Origin: the human T2T-CHM13v2.0 reference genome, Homo sapiens
Direction of reading: 5' to 3'
DNA: 64,000 nt
Assembly: GCA_009914755.4 (NCBI GenBank)
Contig: CP068257.2
Coordinates: forward strand, 39,264,001-39,328,000
Under the pieces are notes generated by a model that made no database searches, was not told the origin of the DNA, and was given only the letters and a program-made list of their open reading frames with translations. Positions within the stretch are counted from its first letter, which is position 1. Every line of letters begins with the position of its first letter. The position numbers and the translations under genes are program-made. Positions 42,408 through 55,508 of the stretch are shown piece after piece.

Positions 42408-45400
42408 CTAAAAATGCGAAAGATTGTACCAATAGTTCAGATAGCACTGATAGTCCATGGCATGAACTGTTAATAGAGATACACAAAACAAATAATTTTA
42501 ATACTCCTAATTCACCACCTTATGAAGCAAAGAACTCATTGACTCTGTAGATGACACTTTTGAGCATTTGTGGGAAACCACACAATATAATGACATCAAT
42601 TGGTTGCTCCTAACATCACTGGACAAAGTGATGAAAGAAGGATGAGCTCAGAGATTCCAACTCTCTGCTCCAGATGTACATAAATAGCCCAAAAGCTTCC
42701 AAATGTGCCCTGAAGGAGAATCTCCTCTTCTGTAGCCACAGGGTTAACATTGCTGAAAATCAAACACAAGCCCTCATCCTGAGATTGGCTGACTTACAAT
42801 GAAAAGTGAACTCTTAGTCTTGCCAGGGGTCTACTATTAAAATCATGGCATTGATTGGGAAAGAATAGGACCCTGTGAGCTGGGATGGGGCCATGTGGGA
42901 AGACCCTGATAAAGCTCGGGACACTGATCTCCTAAATTCTGATGAATCTTGTTTTCCCGGGAAAGTGGCCTCTTCACCCTCAATGGCAGTGGCATCCTGG
43001 GGGATGTAGGCCTCTCCACCTGTTTGAGAGGCAAAACCCTGCATTGCCTGAGGAAATGGTCATGGCCTCCCCTCAGGCAAGACAATGCTGATTCTCCTCG
43101 AGACCCAGCCCCACCATCCCTCTGCTTCCAGACCTTTAACTATGCTGAAGTCCCAGCTGGACCCTAAAGGTCAGATACACAGGGTGACACATGGGAGGTG
43201 TGGTACAGTCAAAAACATTATTTGAATTTTCTAATTTATGCAAGCAGAAATCTGGAAAACACATGTGGGAATGCATATTAAGAATGTTGGAAAATGATGG
43301 AAGGAACATAAAGTTGGATCGGGAAAGTTGTGTTAATAGGGGCTCATTAAGCAGGGATTCTGCATTTAATGTTGCAGCTCAGGGAGTTTAAACAGGCAAT
43401 AATTGTTTGGTTGGTTGGCTGAAACATGGACCAAAAGATGGTGTGCCCTGAATGAGTTGGAGACGTCTGATCTCCCTTGGGCTAATATAGAGGCAGGGAC
43501 TCAAAGGCTTAGGCAGACTGGAATCCTAGAGTGGGTTTGTCACTTAAAACCCACTCACCCACACTGGTGGATCCAGAAAACAGATGTTTCACCAACTCCT
43601 TGAGAAACAGGTTTGTATGGAAGTCCCAGCATCCCTGAAGAGCTCTATGATTGCTGTTCCCTGTATGCCAGATCCTACCGTGGGAACCACGATTACTCAA
43701 TTGGAAAACTTAAATGCAATGGGGATAATTGGATCCTGGGGTGGCAGAGGTCAAGTGGCAGCACTCAATCCCCAAAGGCAAGGAGGGTGCAGTTACTGTA
43801 ATGGACAGCAGAGGCAATTCAGCAATCAGAGGTCTGACTCATGTTGGCCTATGACATTGGAGTTAATCATGGTGTTCCTAGAAATGAAATAAATGGGAAG
43901 TCTACTACATTCTTACTTGGTCTGTATAAGCAGAAAACTTTCAGGGCAGGTGAATAAAAGTCTAACTCAAATCATAAAAACAGAATCATGAGCCCTCAAC
44001 CAATTTCTGGACTTGAGCCAGTTTATAGATGCAGAGCCCCTTGCGTGAAAGGGAGACCAGGTCTCCCTGAAGAAGGACACTGGTACACTACTGAAAATGT
44101 ATACCGTTAAAGTTTCTCTGATGCTTCCCCAAAGGGACCTCTGGCATTTAGCCAGAATGACTGTGCATTGTGGGAAAGGAAATAATCAGATTTTTCAAGG
44201 ACCTACTGGACACTGCCTCTGAACCTAAAACATCACTGGGGCCATTCAATTAGGGTAGGGTTTATTGAGATCAAGTCATTAATGGAGTTTTGGCTCAGTT
44301 CTGACTTACGGTATGTCCAGGAGGTCTCCAGACCCACATGTGGTCATTTCCCCCATGCTGGATGCATAATTAGAATAGATGCACACTTAGCAGATGGCAG
44401 AATCCCTACATTGGTTACCTGACCTGTGGAATCAGGGCTTCTATGGCAGGAAAGGCCAAATGGAAGCTGTTAGAGCTCCCTCTACCTAGGAAAATAGTAA
44501 ATCAAAAACAATATTGCACCCCTGAAGGTGTTACAGAGATTAGTGCTACCATTAAGGACTTGAAAGATGCAGGGGTGGTCATTTCCATCAAATCCCCATT
44601 CAACTCTTCTGCTTGGCCTGTGCAGAAGACAGATGGATTTTGGAGAATGACAGTGGACTTTCATAAGCTTAACCAGGTGGTGACTCCAATTGCAGCTGCT
44701 GTACCAAATGTAGTTTCATTGCTTGAGAAAATCAACACATCTCCTTGTACATGGTATGCAGCTATTGATCTGGCAAATGCCTTTGTTGCCTCATCCCTGT
44801 CCATAAGGCTCACAGGAGGCAGTTTTCTTTCAGCTGGCAGGGCCAGCAATACACCTTCACTGTCCTACCTCAAGGGCCTATCGTCTCTCTAGTCCTATGT
44901 CACAAGTTTGTTTGCAGGGAACTTGATTGCCTTTCCTTCCACAAGATGTCATACTGGTGTGTTACATTGATGACTTTATGCTGATTGGACCTAGTGAGCA
45001 AGAAGTAGAAATTGTTCTGGAATTATTGGTAAGACATTTGCATGTCAGAGGGTGAGAGTGAAATCCATTTAAGATTCAGGGGCCTTCTACCTTAGTGAAA
45101 TTTTCAAGGGTCCAGTGGTATTGGGCCTGTTGAAACATCCCTTCTAATGTGAAGGATAAGTTGCTGCATCTGGCCCCTCCTACAACCAAAACAGAAGGAC
45201 AACACCTAGTGGGTCAATTTGGATTTTGGAGGGAAGATGGTTGGGTGTTTCTCCAGTTCATTCATAAAGTGATCCAGAAAAAGCTGTTAGTTTTGAGTGG
45301 GGCTCAGAAAAGAAGGCTCTGCAACAGGCCCAGGCTGTTGTTCAAGCTGCCCTGCCACCTGGACCATATGACCCAGCAGATCCAATGGTGCTGGAGGTGT

Positions 45401-46100
45401 CAGTGGCAGAGAGGAAAACAGTGTGGAGCTTCAGGCATTCCCTATAGGTGAATTGCAGTGGAGGCCTCTCGGATTTTGGAGGAAGGCTCTGCCATCCTCC
45501 ACAGATAACCATTCTCTTTTTGAGACAGCTCTTGGCCTGCAACTGGGCCTTGATAGAAACTAAACACTTTACCATGGGCTACCAGGTTACCATGTGACCT
45601 GGGGTCCCCATCACAGACTGGGTCATAAAGTTGGGCATGCACATGACCCACCACGCCGTAAAGTTGGGCATGCACAGGAGCTGTCCATCATCAGACAGGA
45701 GTGGTCTGTACGTGACTGGGCCCAAGCAGGCCCTGAAAACATGAGTAAGTTACACGAAGAAGTGACCCCAATGGCCATGGTCCCCACTCCTGCTATACTG
45801 CCTTCTCTCTTCCAGCCTGCACCGTGGCCTCATGGGAAGTTCCCTATGATCAGGTGACAGAGGAAGGGAAGACTCGGGCTTGGTTTACAGATGGTTCTGC
45901 ACCATGTGTGGGCACCATCCAGAAGTGCACACTTGCAGCACCACGACCCCTTGCTGGGACACCCCGGAAGGATGGTGGTGAATGGAAATCTTCCCAGTGG
46001 GAAATTATGGTTACCAGCTGCTTGGAAAGGAGCAGGTGGGGAGAAGGGATCAAGAGAAGTTGGTTGAGGGGTACAAAAATACAGGTAGACAGAAGGAATA
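42408..46100 (+). mobile_element. Endogenous retrovirus internal region (degenerate protease?-RT-start of RNase H), probably ERVL/HERV-L-like given the RT motif and flanking MLT-type LTRs
   Basis: ORF 44443-44892 encodes ...[69 protein letters not shown]...[11 protein letters not shown](L), a retroviral RT fingers/palm region. The DLANAFF-type motif is what I recall for class III ERVL RTs. Downstream ORFs (45149-45451, 45594-45857, 45824-46108) carry the RT-RNaseH tether and ...KTRAWFTDGSA, the RNase H start. Many frameshifts. The 3' part of pol, RNase H/IN, is absent. Confidence 0.6.
44443..44892 (+). pseudogene. Retroviral reverse transcriptase fragment (ERV pol remnant)
   Basis: [43 protein letters not shown]...[11 protein letters not shown] matches the conserved RT block (WRM/LV.DYR.LN..T....P.P....LL..L....W....DL..AFF....Q.F.F.W...QY.F..LPQG). 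No start codon context and truncated by stops, so pseudogene. Confidence 0.75.
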
Positions 46101-46117
46101 AGCTCTAAAGTTCAATA

Positions 46118-46360
46118 GCAGAGTAGGATGACTATAGCTAATAATAATGTACTGTGTACTTCAAAATACCTAGAAAAGAAGATTTGTAATGATCCTAACA
46201 CAAAAAATGATATATGTTTGAGGTGATTGATATCCCGATTTCCCTGATTTAATCATCTCACATTGTATACAGGTATCAAAATATTACATGCACCTCTAAA
46301 ATATGTACAATCTTTATATACCAATGAAAATAATTAATTAACAATTAAATGAAAAAGGAT
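46118..46360 (+). mobile_element. Short old-L1 3'-end fragment abutting the truncated ERV pol
   Basis: gtaggatgactatagctaataataatgtactgtgtacttcaaaatacctagaaaagaagatttgtaatgatcctaacacaaaaaatgatatatgtttgaggtgattgatatcccgatttccctgatttaatcatctcacattgtatacaggtatcaaaatattacatgcacctctaaaatatgtacaatctttatata parallels the L1M/L1P 3' end (…gcatggtgactatagttaataatactgtattgtatacttgaaagttgctaagagagtagatcttaaatgttctcaccacaaaaaa.gaaatgataattatgtgaggtgatggatgtgttaa…catgtatcaaatcatcacattgtacaccttaaacttacacaatgttatatgtcaattatatctcaataaa). Confidence 0.6.
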
Positions 46361-46574
46361 ATCAAAATGTATGAATGCTATGCTTGCGAATATGAAAATA
46401 ATTATACAAATATGGTAACAGAGAAAGGTGATGACATTAAAATTAATTTTTAAACTTAAAAAAAGACAAACTCAGGGTTTGAGGTTTAATAAAATTATTT
46501 CAGATTATTTCATCAAGAAGAATTCAATGACTACTATTAAGTTTGAATCCATGGCCTTCATTTATCCTGAAGCA

Positions 46575-47265
<691 letters not shown>

Positions 47266-47292
47266 ATCTATCTATCTATCTATCTATCTATC
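47266..47292. repeat. (ATCT/TCTA)n tetranucleotide microsatellite, ~6.75 units
   Basis: atctatctatctatctatctatctatc. Confidence 0.9.
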
Positions 47293-50200
47293 ATGTATAT
47301 ATGTATTATCCCACTCTTCTGTCTCTCCATCCTATTATTTCTCTCTGGAGGACTCTGACTAATACACTTAGCATCACTTTTGCATTATCAGTGCAAATGT
47401 CTACACAGTGCAAAAAAAAAAAAGGCAAATAGCACCTTAGTATTATATTAAGAAAATCTTTTTGATTATATGATATAAGTGCTTTTGACCTCATGGCCCA
47501 CAGAAAGGGTCTCAGAGATTCCACAGCCTACACGTGGAAAATCTCTGCCCTAACCCGTTTTTCTCTCCTGACATCTCTGCAGTCTCAAACCTTCATAACA
47601 GACAAATAATTGGACTCTGTACCAAACCTGATTAAAGAAGAGCTTAGAGTCTCTGAGAAGAAGACAACAGGACCATCCTGGAGGGCCCTCCGAGTGCTTT
47701 GATTCCTGGGAAAAGCAATTCCCTGAGCCTTGCTGTGCTACACAACCAAGATGGCCTTCCTGACATCATTTCCCCAAGTGCCCTTGATTCAAAAGGTTTT
47801 TTTTTTGATGATTCTATTTGACACAAAGTCCTAAGAGTTCCTGTTCCTGCGCTTCGAGAGTAGCCGTCACGCATATTTTATCTCTATAAATTATGAGAAA
47901 TTGAGCCATCATGGGGTGGGAACAAAACAGGACATGTTCTTTATTTCCCCTTTTGTCCCCTCGAGGCGCAGCGTGGGCGGATAGAACTTGGGAGAGGCAA
48001 GAAGGTACTCCTGTTGGCTGAGAGCTCAGGAAGTTTTGGACCAAAGCCAGGCCACCTCAAGAAAAAGGAGAAAGGGAAAGAAAATTCCACAGTTGGTGGT
48101 AGAACTGTCTCTTTGCCTGGGGGAACTTTAGCATTCAAGTTATTAAATAAAGCAGCCCATCTGGCAGTTGGCTATGAGAAGCAATTCATACCATTGTAAA
48201 TGGATTAGTGAAATGTAATTCCTTTCACATTTCAGTTTCAATTATTCCAAATGGGTGCACGATTCTTAATGTTCAGGAATTGTTTTGAATGTCTGCAGAA
48301 ATGCAAAAAGTAAATATGTTTCCTGTTAGGGGGCTCCAAAGAATGTTTCCCATTCTCGTTCTTGCCGTCTTTGCCTTAGTCCACCTTTTTAGCGCCAGGT
48401 CAATCAGCAGCCTTATTTAGGTACGAAGAAGGGAATTCATTTGTGTTCACTGAGAAGACTTGAAATGCCCCGGGGAAGACCTGAGGAGGGGCTGTTGTGG
48501 TCCTTACCCAACGCTCTCAAATGGTGATTCTGACAGGAGCCTGGAGCTGGCAGGGTGAGAGTTCCTACCCCTGGAGCCTGGCTCTGTTGAATTCCTAGAA
48601 GAAGAGTAATTAACATGGGCTGCAGCAATGGCTTGGGAGGGTGTTTGCATCTACCTGAACTCTGCAATTACATGGCACAGCCTGGTGTGGAATCCAAAGA
48701 GCAGCCCTCGGGATGATCATGAACTTGGGTGCTACCTCAAGTTGGGAGCAGCTGAGCCCTGCTCATCACCCAAGGGTGGGATCACCTCAGGGCCACCCTG
48801 CACACACAATGGGCTGTTTTTGCTGGTCGGTATTGATGCCCTTTATACATGTGGTACTGAGCTCAGTGACCACCCAGGTGGTCAGCACTTGTTGCCCCTT
48901 TTATACCAGGAAGCTATGAATGGCTGCAGAGAGACAGGCTGTAAAAGTCAAGTCCAAATACAGAAATTCTATGGATTGTAGCTGCAGAAAAAAAAAAAAA
49001 ATCCCTTTCAAATGTGGTACTAGGGAGTGGGGGAGGAATGTTGTTTTCCCCTGGGAAATCACGACTCCACGAATTTCATTCACAGAGGTGATAGGAAAAT
49101 ATAAAAGCTGGGCCAAGTGGACAAAAAAAAAGGCAACAAGAAGTACAGCCTGTTTGATCACAAAGTCAAGGAGGAGCAGCTTCAGGCACAGGGTTGGGGG
49201 CGGGGGGCTTCCCCGCGTGAAGCCAAGGAATGCAACGTGGATCTCACAGAGAAGGACCCAGGCAGGGGCAGGGGAAAGGACAGCTGTGGAGGAAGTGACC
49301 AGGCCCAAAGCAAGTGACGGTGCAGGACACGTGCAAATTCCACAGCCACTGGATGCTAGCACAAATAAGTGTGAGAAACACACTCCCGGCTGGGGTGTGA
49401 GTGCCTGAGAACCACAAACGTACCTCCGTCCTGCCTGCATTCATGTATCCCTATTGCATTCAAGTTGCCAGTACTCACCACCAAATACATCTACAATGCC
49501 CAATTTAAACCAATGTACTGGAAATGTCATTGAGTGCCAGGGGTTACACAGAACCTGCAGCCCAAACCTCTCCAGGCTCCTCAAGGAAATATCTGGCTCC
49601 AAACTTTCTTTTAATTACTGAAAATCCCAGATGCTCCACATATAGAGAGATTAACAGATGCTCCAGGGGACAAGGTCTATGAACATGCAATTACCCTACA
49701 AATTCATAGTATTAGTTCTTGGTTTAAACAGATTTCCTTCTTTTACCCAGTTGAAAAGCATCTCTGGAAGTCAGAAGTAGTAACTAGGTGTTTTCCCTCC
49801 ATTTCATCTCTGCCCCCAAATAAAGAAAAAAAAAAAGTCTCTCTGACTTATTTTCTAGCTCCAGGTCAAAGGACAAAATGGAAAGAACATTTTGAGGCTG
49901 TATTTTCTCATTTAGAACCTTCTTACCACTTCTCGAATGAGCATCACGTTGCATAAGAAAAGGGTTTCCCCCACCCCTCACCTGTGTTCACAGGTAGGGC
50001 CGACTCTTTCTTTCCTGCACCTGGGGTCACACAGAAGATTCTCAAGTGGGGCTTCTTCTACTTGCATTTCAGAGCTAGACAGGGCTGGAAGAATGGTGAT
50101 ACACGCCTGACCAATTTTATTGTCATCTGTCAAAGAGCCCACTAGCCCTGTAAGAGGGAGACAGGTGATGGGAATAAAGAAGCTAGAGTTTCAGGGCTGC

Positions 50201-52545
50201 CATCACGGTCTGGGGTTTCATTGCAATATTCTGTGATTTTATGGGAATGCAAATAATGGATACGAAGGAAGACAGAGAATGAGAGACCTGCAGAGGTAAG
50301 AGTAACTCACCTGAAGTCGAAAAGAGGCCAAGGCCCAGGCTATTTCATGATTTCTTATCAACTTTTATTTTTATATTCCAATCACAGCTGCCAGTGGGAT
50401 TAATTTTAAGTGTATATTTAACTCCTAACAGAGTGGAGCTTGCCACAGTCTCTACCATAATGAGACAATTGTAAATTACTCATACAGGAATAAAAATTAT
50501 CCAGTTAAACGATGTAGATTAGCTGTCTAAACTGTCCAAACTCGCTTTCTTTCCTCCTTTGAGGACTTTCCTCCTTAGACTCCTATATAGTGAGTCTCTG
50601 TGTGTGTGCACCAGTGTGTGTGTGCACAAGCATGTATATTTCTGTGTTTGTGTGAGTGCTTCTCTGAGCAGTAATTCCACCCAAGGAGTCTGCACTGTGC
50701 TAAAACCAGTGGGTGCTTTAAAAAAAAAAAAAAGACAGAGAGAGATGGGTGTTTCAGGGATCTCTGAAATTTTTTTCGTGGTATTAAGAAATACAAATAT
50801 TCCTCAAAACTGAAAAAAAAATTTAGAATAAATCTATTATCTGATAGGGTAGGAGAGGGAATTTGCTGAGTCAAGTGTGATTAAAGCTGAACCATCAGAT
50901 TTACATCCTATACAAATTGTCAACTTCCAGAAAGGTCACATGAAGATTTTTCCAACAGAGCAACTACATTGGAGTTCAGCTGGAATTGCACTAAATCTAA
51001 ATTTTCCACAATGTTCTAGAGAAAAAAATGTAAACTCCTGTTTGTTTTTTCCTGCTCTTACTGAACTCATGGTCTCAGCCCTGCTTGGATCTGGGGGCCG
51101 TTTAAATGTCTGATAGAATCTATGGACTTTCTTCCCCAACAGACCCAATTTAGATACAGATTTCAAGAGTTTATGAATCCTTTGAACCAGATACATTGAC
51201 CATTTAGAAAGTTAAGAACTCTAGACTCATTCTTTAAACAAATATGTACCAAGCATTGACTATGTGCGAGTCCATTACTAGGTACCAAGTACACAGAGAT
51301 CTCAGAAAAAGTGGTCTCTGTTCTCAGGAAGGAGAACAAGGGCAATATGCAGATAAGCAAATAGTATCTAATAATATAAGCAGCAGATAAGCAAATAATA
51401 AATAAGATAGCTGCTAATCATAATGAATTCTAGGAAGAAAGTAATCTGGAGTGGCTCACACTGCCCCAGGAACATGATTATAAGATCACATTTCTCTAAA
51501 TTTTATGTGTAATAGAGTTTTGTGGGTAGAAAACAGCTTTTAAATACTAGAATTGACTCCACAGTATCATATTATTATTCTAGATCAAGAGACTCTTAGG
51601 ATCCTGAGTCTCCCACAAGGGAAGGGATCTCCCATTTAGTTTCTCTCCATTACTCACAGATAATCCCACCTTCTTGAACTCTTTCCAGAAAGAACCAAAA
51701 GGATGCAACTTCACAGGGCACCCTGCTCCATTTGAACACTCCCAGTTGTTAGATCGATGTCTTTTACTTATAACAACTTGAAATTTGACTTTTTATAACT
51801 TCCAAACAAGTATATTATGATTATTTCTAAATTATCAAATAAAGGATGAGTCTCACCCATCCTTTTGTAGATCCTTCCATAGGCTCTTTTTTCTAGGTTA
51901 GACATTCAGTTTCCATAGTAATTCCTGAATAATTAATTCACCATACTTCTCATTCCAATCTTTTAAAGCCCTGGAGCTGAACTGAATAATGCAGAATATT
52001 CCATAGCAATCACCATCTTTGGCATAAAGCATTTTATTTATATTAAGCCTCAGATTGCTTTTATTTTCTTACTTAATTCAGTACCCCACTGATGCTATTG
52101 AGCTTCCCAGTAATTAAAACCACCTCAGCGTTTCTGTTAACTATTCTTAATCCAAGTCGTCTCCTTTCTACTGGTTTTTTTTTTTAATCTAGCTTCTTGA
52201 ATTGAATGCTTAACTAATTTACTTGTCTTCTTTAAATATTTAAGTATTTATTATACAAGACTATTATTTAGTAAGACTAAATATTACATATAATTTTATT
52301 TGTTCAAATTAAATAAAACCATTTAAGGCTATAAATGTACCAGGAAGTGCTGCTTTGGCAGCATCCCACCAGTTTCTTAAGCAGAGTTTCACTGTTGTTC
52401 TAACTACTTCTTAATCTGCACTGCAAATTTTCTGCTAACTAAAGAGGTATTTAGTAAAAGCATAATGTGCATTTGCTGTATTATCTGAGAATATTAAATT
52501 CTGCTATAAAGACAAGGACAAAAACAGGATGGATGACACCCCATG

Positions 52546-54821
52546 TGTATTAGTCTTCTCACGCTACTAATAAAGACATATCCAAGACGGGGTAATTTAT
52601 AAAGGAAAGAGGTTTAATGGACTCACAGTTCCACATGGCTGGGGAGGCCTCACAATCATGGTGAAAGGCAAGGAGGAGCAATGTCATGTCTTACATGGTG
52701 GCAGGCAAGAGCACGCGTGCAGGGGAACTCCCCTTTATAAAACCATCATATCTCATGAGACTTATCTACTATTATGAGAACAGCATGGGAAAGACCTGGT
52801 CCCATGATTCAATTCCCTCCCACTGGGTCCCTCCTATGACACATAGGAATTATGGGAGCTGCAATTCAAGATGAGATTTGGGTAGGGAGAGAGTCAAACC
52901 ATATCATTCTTCCCCTGGCCCATCCCAAATCTCATGTTTTCACATTTCAAAACCAATCACGCCTTCCCAACAGTCTCCCAAAGTCTTAACTAATTCCAGC
53001 ATTAACTCGAAAGTCCACAGTCCAAAGTCTCATCTGAGACAAGGCAAGTCCCTTCTGCCTCTGAGCCTGTAAAATCAAAAGCAAGTTAGTTACTTCCTAG
53101 ATGCAATGGGGATACAGACATTGAATAAATACACCCATTCCAAATGGGAGAAATTGTCCAAAACAAAAGGGCTACAGGCCCCATGTAAGTCCAAAATCCA
53201 GCAGGGCAGTCAAATCTTAAAGTTCCGAAATGATCTCCTTTGACTCCACGTCTCACATCCAGATCATGCTGATGCAAGAGGTGGGCTCCCAAGGTCTTGG
53301 GCAGCTCTGTCCCTATGGCTTTGCAGGGTACAGTCCCCCAGATGGCTAGCACTGAGTGTCTGTGGGTTTTCTAGTGTATGGTGCAAGCTGTCAATGGTCA
53401 GATCTACCATTCTGGGGTCTGGAGGACAGTGGCCCTCTTCTCACAGCTCCACTAGGCAATGCCCTGGTAGGGACTCTGTGTGGGGGCTCTGATCCCACAT
53501 TTCCCTTCTGCATTGCCCTAACAGAGGTTCCCATAAGGGATCCACCCCTGCAGCAAACTTTTGCCTGGGCAGCCAGGCATTCCCATGCATTCTCTGGAAT
53601 CTGGGTGGAGGTTCTCAAACCTCAATTCTTGGCTTCTGTGCACCTGCAGGCTCAACACAACATGAAAGCTGCTGAGGGTTGGGGCTTTCACCCTCCAAAA
53701 TCACAGCCCAAGCTGTACCTTGGCCCCTTATAGCCATGGCTGGAGCAGCTTGTATGCAGGGCACCAAGACCCTAGACTGCACATAGCAGGGGCCCCTGGG
53801 CCCTGCCAGGAAACCATTTTTCCCTCCTAGGCCTCCAGGACTGTGATGGAAGGGGCTGCCATGAAGGTCTCTGACATGTCCTGGAGACATTTTCCCTATT
53901 GTCTTGGTGATTAACATTTGGCTCCTCCTTACTTATGCAAATTCCTACAGCTGGTTTGAATTTCTCCCCAGAAAATGGGGTTTGCTTTTCTATCACATCA
54001 TCAGGCTGAAAATTTTCCAAACTTTTATCCTCTTCTTCCTATTGAATTCTTTGACACTTAGAAAGTTCTTCCCCAGATACCCTGAAACATCTCTCTCAAG
54101 TTCAAAGTTCCACAGATCTCTAGGGCAGGGGCAAAATGCCACCAGTCTCTTTGCATAGCAAGCATGACCTTTACTCCAGTTCCCAACAAATTCCTCATCT
54201 CTATCTGAGACCACCTCAGACTGGACTTTATTGTCCATATCACTATCAGCATTTTGGTCAAAGCTATTCAACAAGTCTCTAGGAATTTCCAAACTTTCCC
54301 GCATCTTCCTACCTTCTGAGCCCTCCAAGACTCTAGGAAGTTCCAAAGTTTTCCACATTTTCCTGTCTTCCTCTGAGCTCTCCAAACTGTTCCAACATCT
54401 GCCTGTTACTCAGTCCCAAAGTTGCTTCCACATTTTTGCATATCTATACAGCAGCACCCCACTCCCAGTACCAATTTATTGTATTAGCCTGTTCTCCAGC
54501 TACTAATAAAGTCATACCCAAGACTGGGTAATTTGCAAAGGAAAGAGGTTTAATGGCTGGGGAGGCCTCACAATCATGGTGGAAGGCAAGGAGGAGCAAA
54601 GTCACATCTTACATGGTGGCAGCCAAGAGCACGTGTGCAGGGAACCCCTTTATAAAACCATCAGATCTTGTGAGACTTATTTACTATCATGACAACAGCA
54701 TGGGAAAGACCTGGCCCCATGATTCAATTACCTCCCACTGGATCCCTTCCACAACACATGGGAATTGTGGGAACGATAATTCAACATGAGATTTGGGTGG
54801 GGACACAGCTAAACCATATCT
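52546..54821 (-). mobile_element. Full-length THE1 (ERVL-MaLR) element on the minus strand: LTRs at 52546-52906 and 54480-54821, internal region 52907-54479
   Basis: Both LTRs read tgtattag.c..ttctc...gctactaataaag.cata.ccaagac.gggtaatttataaaggaaagaggtttaatgg...cacaatcatggtg.aaggcaaggaggagcaa.gtca..tcttacatggtggcag.caagagcacg.gtgcagggaa...ccatgattcaatt.cctcccactgg.tccct.c...acacat.ggaattgtggga...caa.atgagatttgggt.ggga.a.ag..aaaccatatc. The internal minus-strand ORF 53993-54385 translates MWKTLELPRVLEGSEGRKMRESLEIPRDLLNSFDQNADSDMDNKVQSEVVSD..., the same MaLR-internal ORF remnant seen in + orientation at ~21100-21400. Confidence 0.8.
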
Positions 54822-55508
54822 TCATAGAAGAGATGGAAAGTCTGGGCTTAGACAAGTTGCTTCCCTGGGATCACAAAGCTGGTGAGCAGTTCAACAGGAT
54901 TAGACTCTAAATCTCCTTTGACCTTTTCTCTTCACTATGATGGGAATGGAAAGTATCATCAGAAATGATAGAAAGTGTCTATAAAAGGAACACTGGCACG
55001 GGGCTTGGGACACTCACTGCCTGTGTCTGCTCATCCCTCAATGAGTTAAATCACCTTAAGTGAGTCATCTGATCTCTCTGAATCCACCTGCTCTTACGTA
55101 CAGAGAGCAAAGTAGTTGGACCTAGGTGATGGCTAAGGCCCTTTTCAGCATTGACATTTTTGGTATCTCCCAAAATACAAATTGGCAAATTTCATTGGGA
55201 TTTGCTTTTAGAAGTGGCTTCTGTTAGTCAGTCCCCCCACAGATGGTCAAGTCCATGCTGCACTGCACAAGGCTTTGATATAAAGGAGCACAAATTTCCT
55301 GTCATTTATGTAAAATACATCTTCTTGGCTTGGAAATCAAAGAGCTTTTTTAACTGCCAATTCTACCCTGTCCATTTGGGAACTGATGAGTATTTGAAAT
55401 GTTCCCATCATTTAGGGAATTTCCTGGCCTCTCCTAGTGCTCAGTGTGGGGGGGCTAGCCCTGCACTCCTGCATCCTGAGGTGTCAAGAGAGAGGACACC
55501 TGGATTCT

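Noticed and set aside
47930-48070. Short CpG-containing patch (cctcgaggcgcagcgtgggcggatag…) as a possible promoter/CpG island
   Set aside because: Only a handful of CpGs over <100 bp. It is far below CpG-island criteria and has no adjacent exon-like ORF.
48901-49440. Overlapping ORFs 48920-49408 (+,162 aa) and 48901-49440 (-,179 aa)
   Set aside because: Mutually antisense chance ORFs with low-complexity K/R-rich or L/F-rich translations and no homology I recognise.
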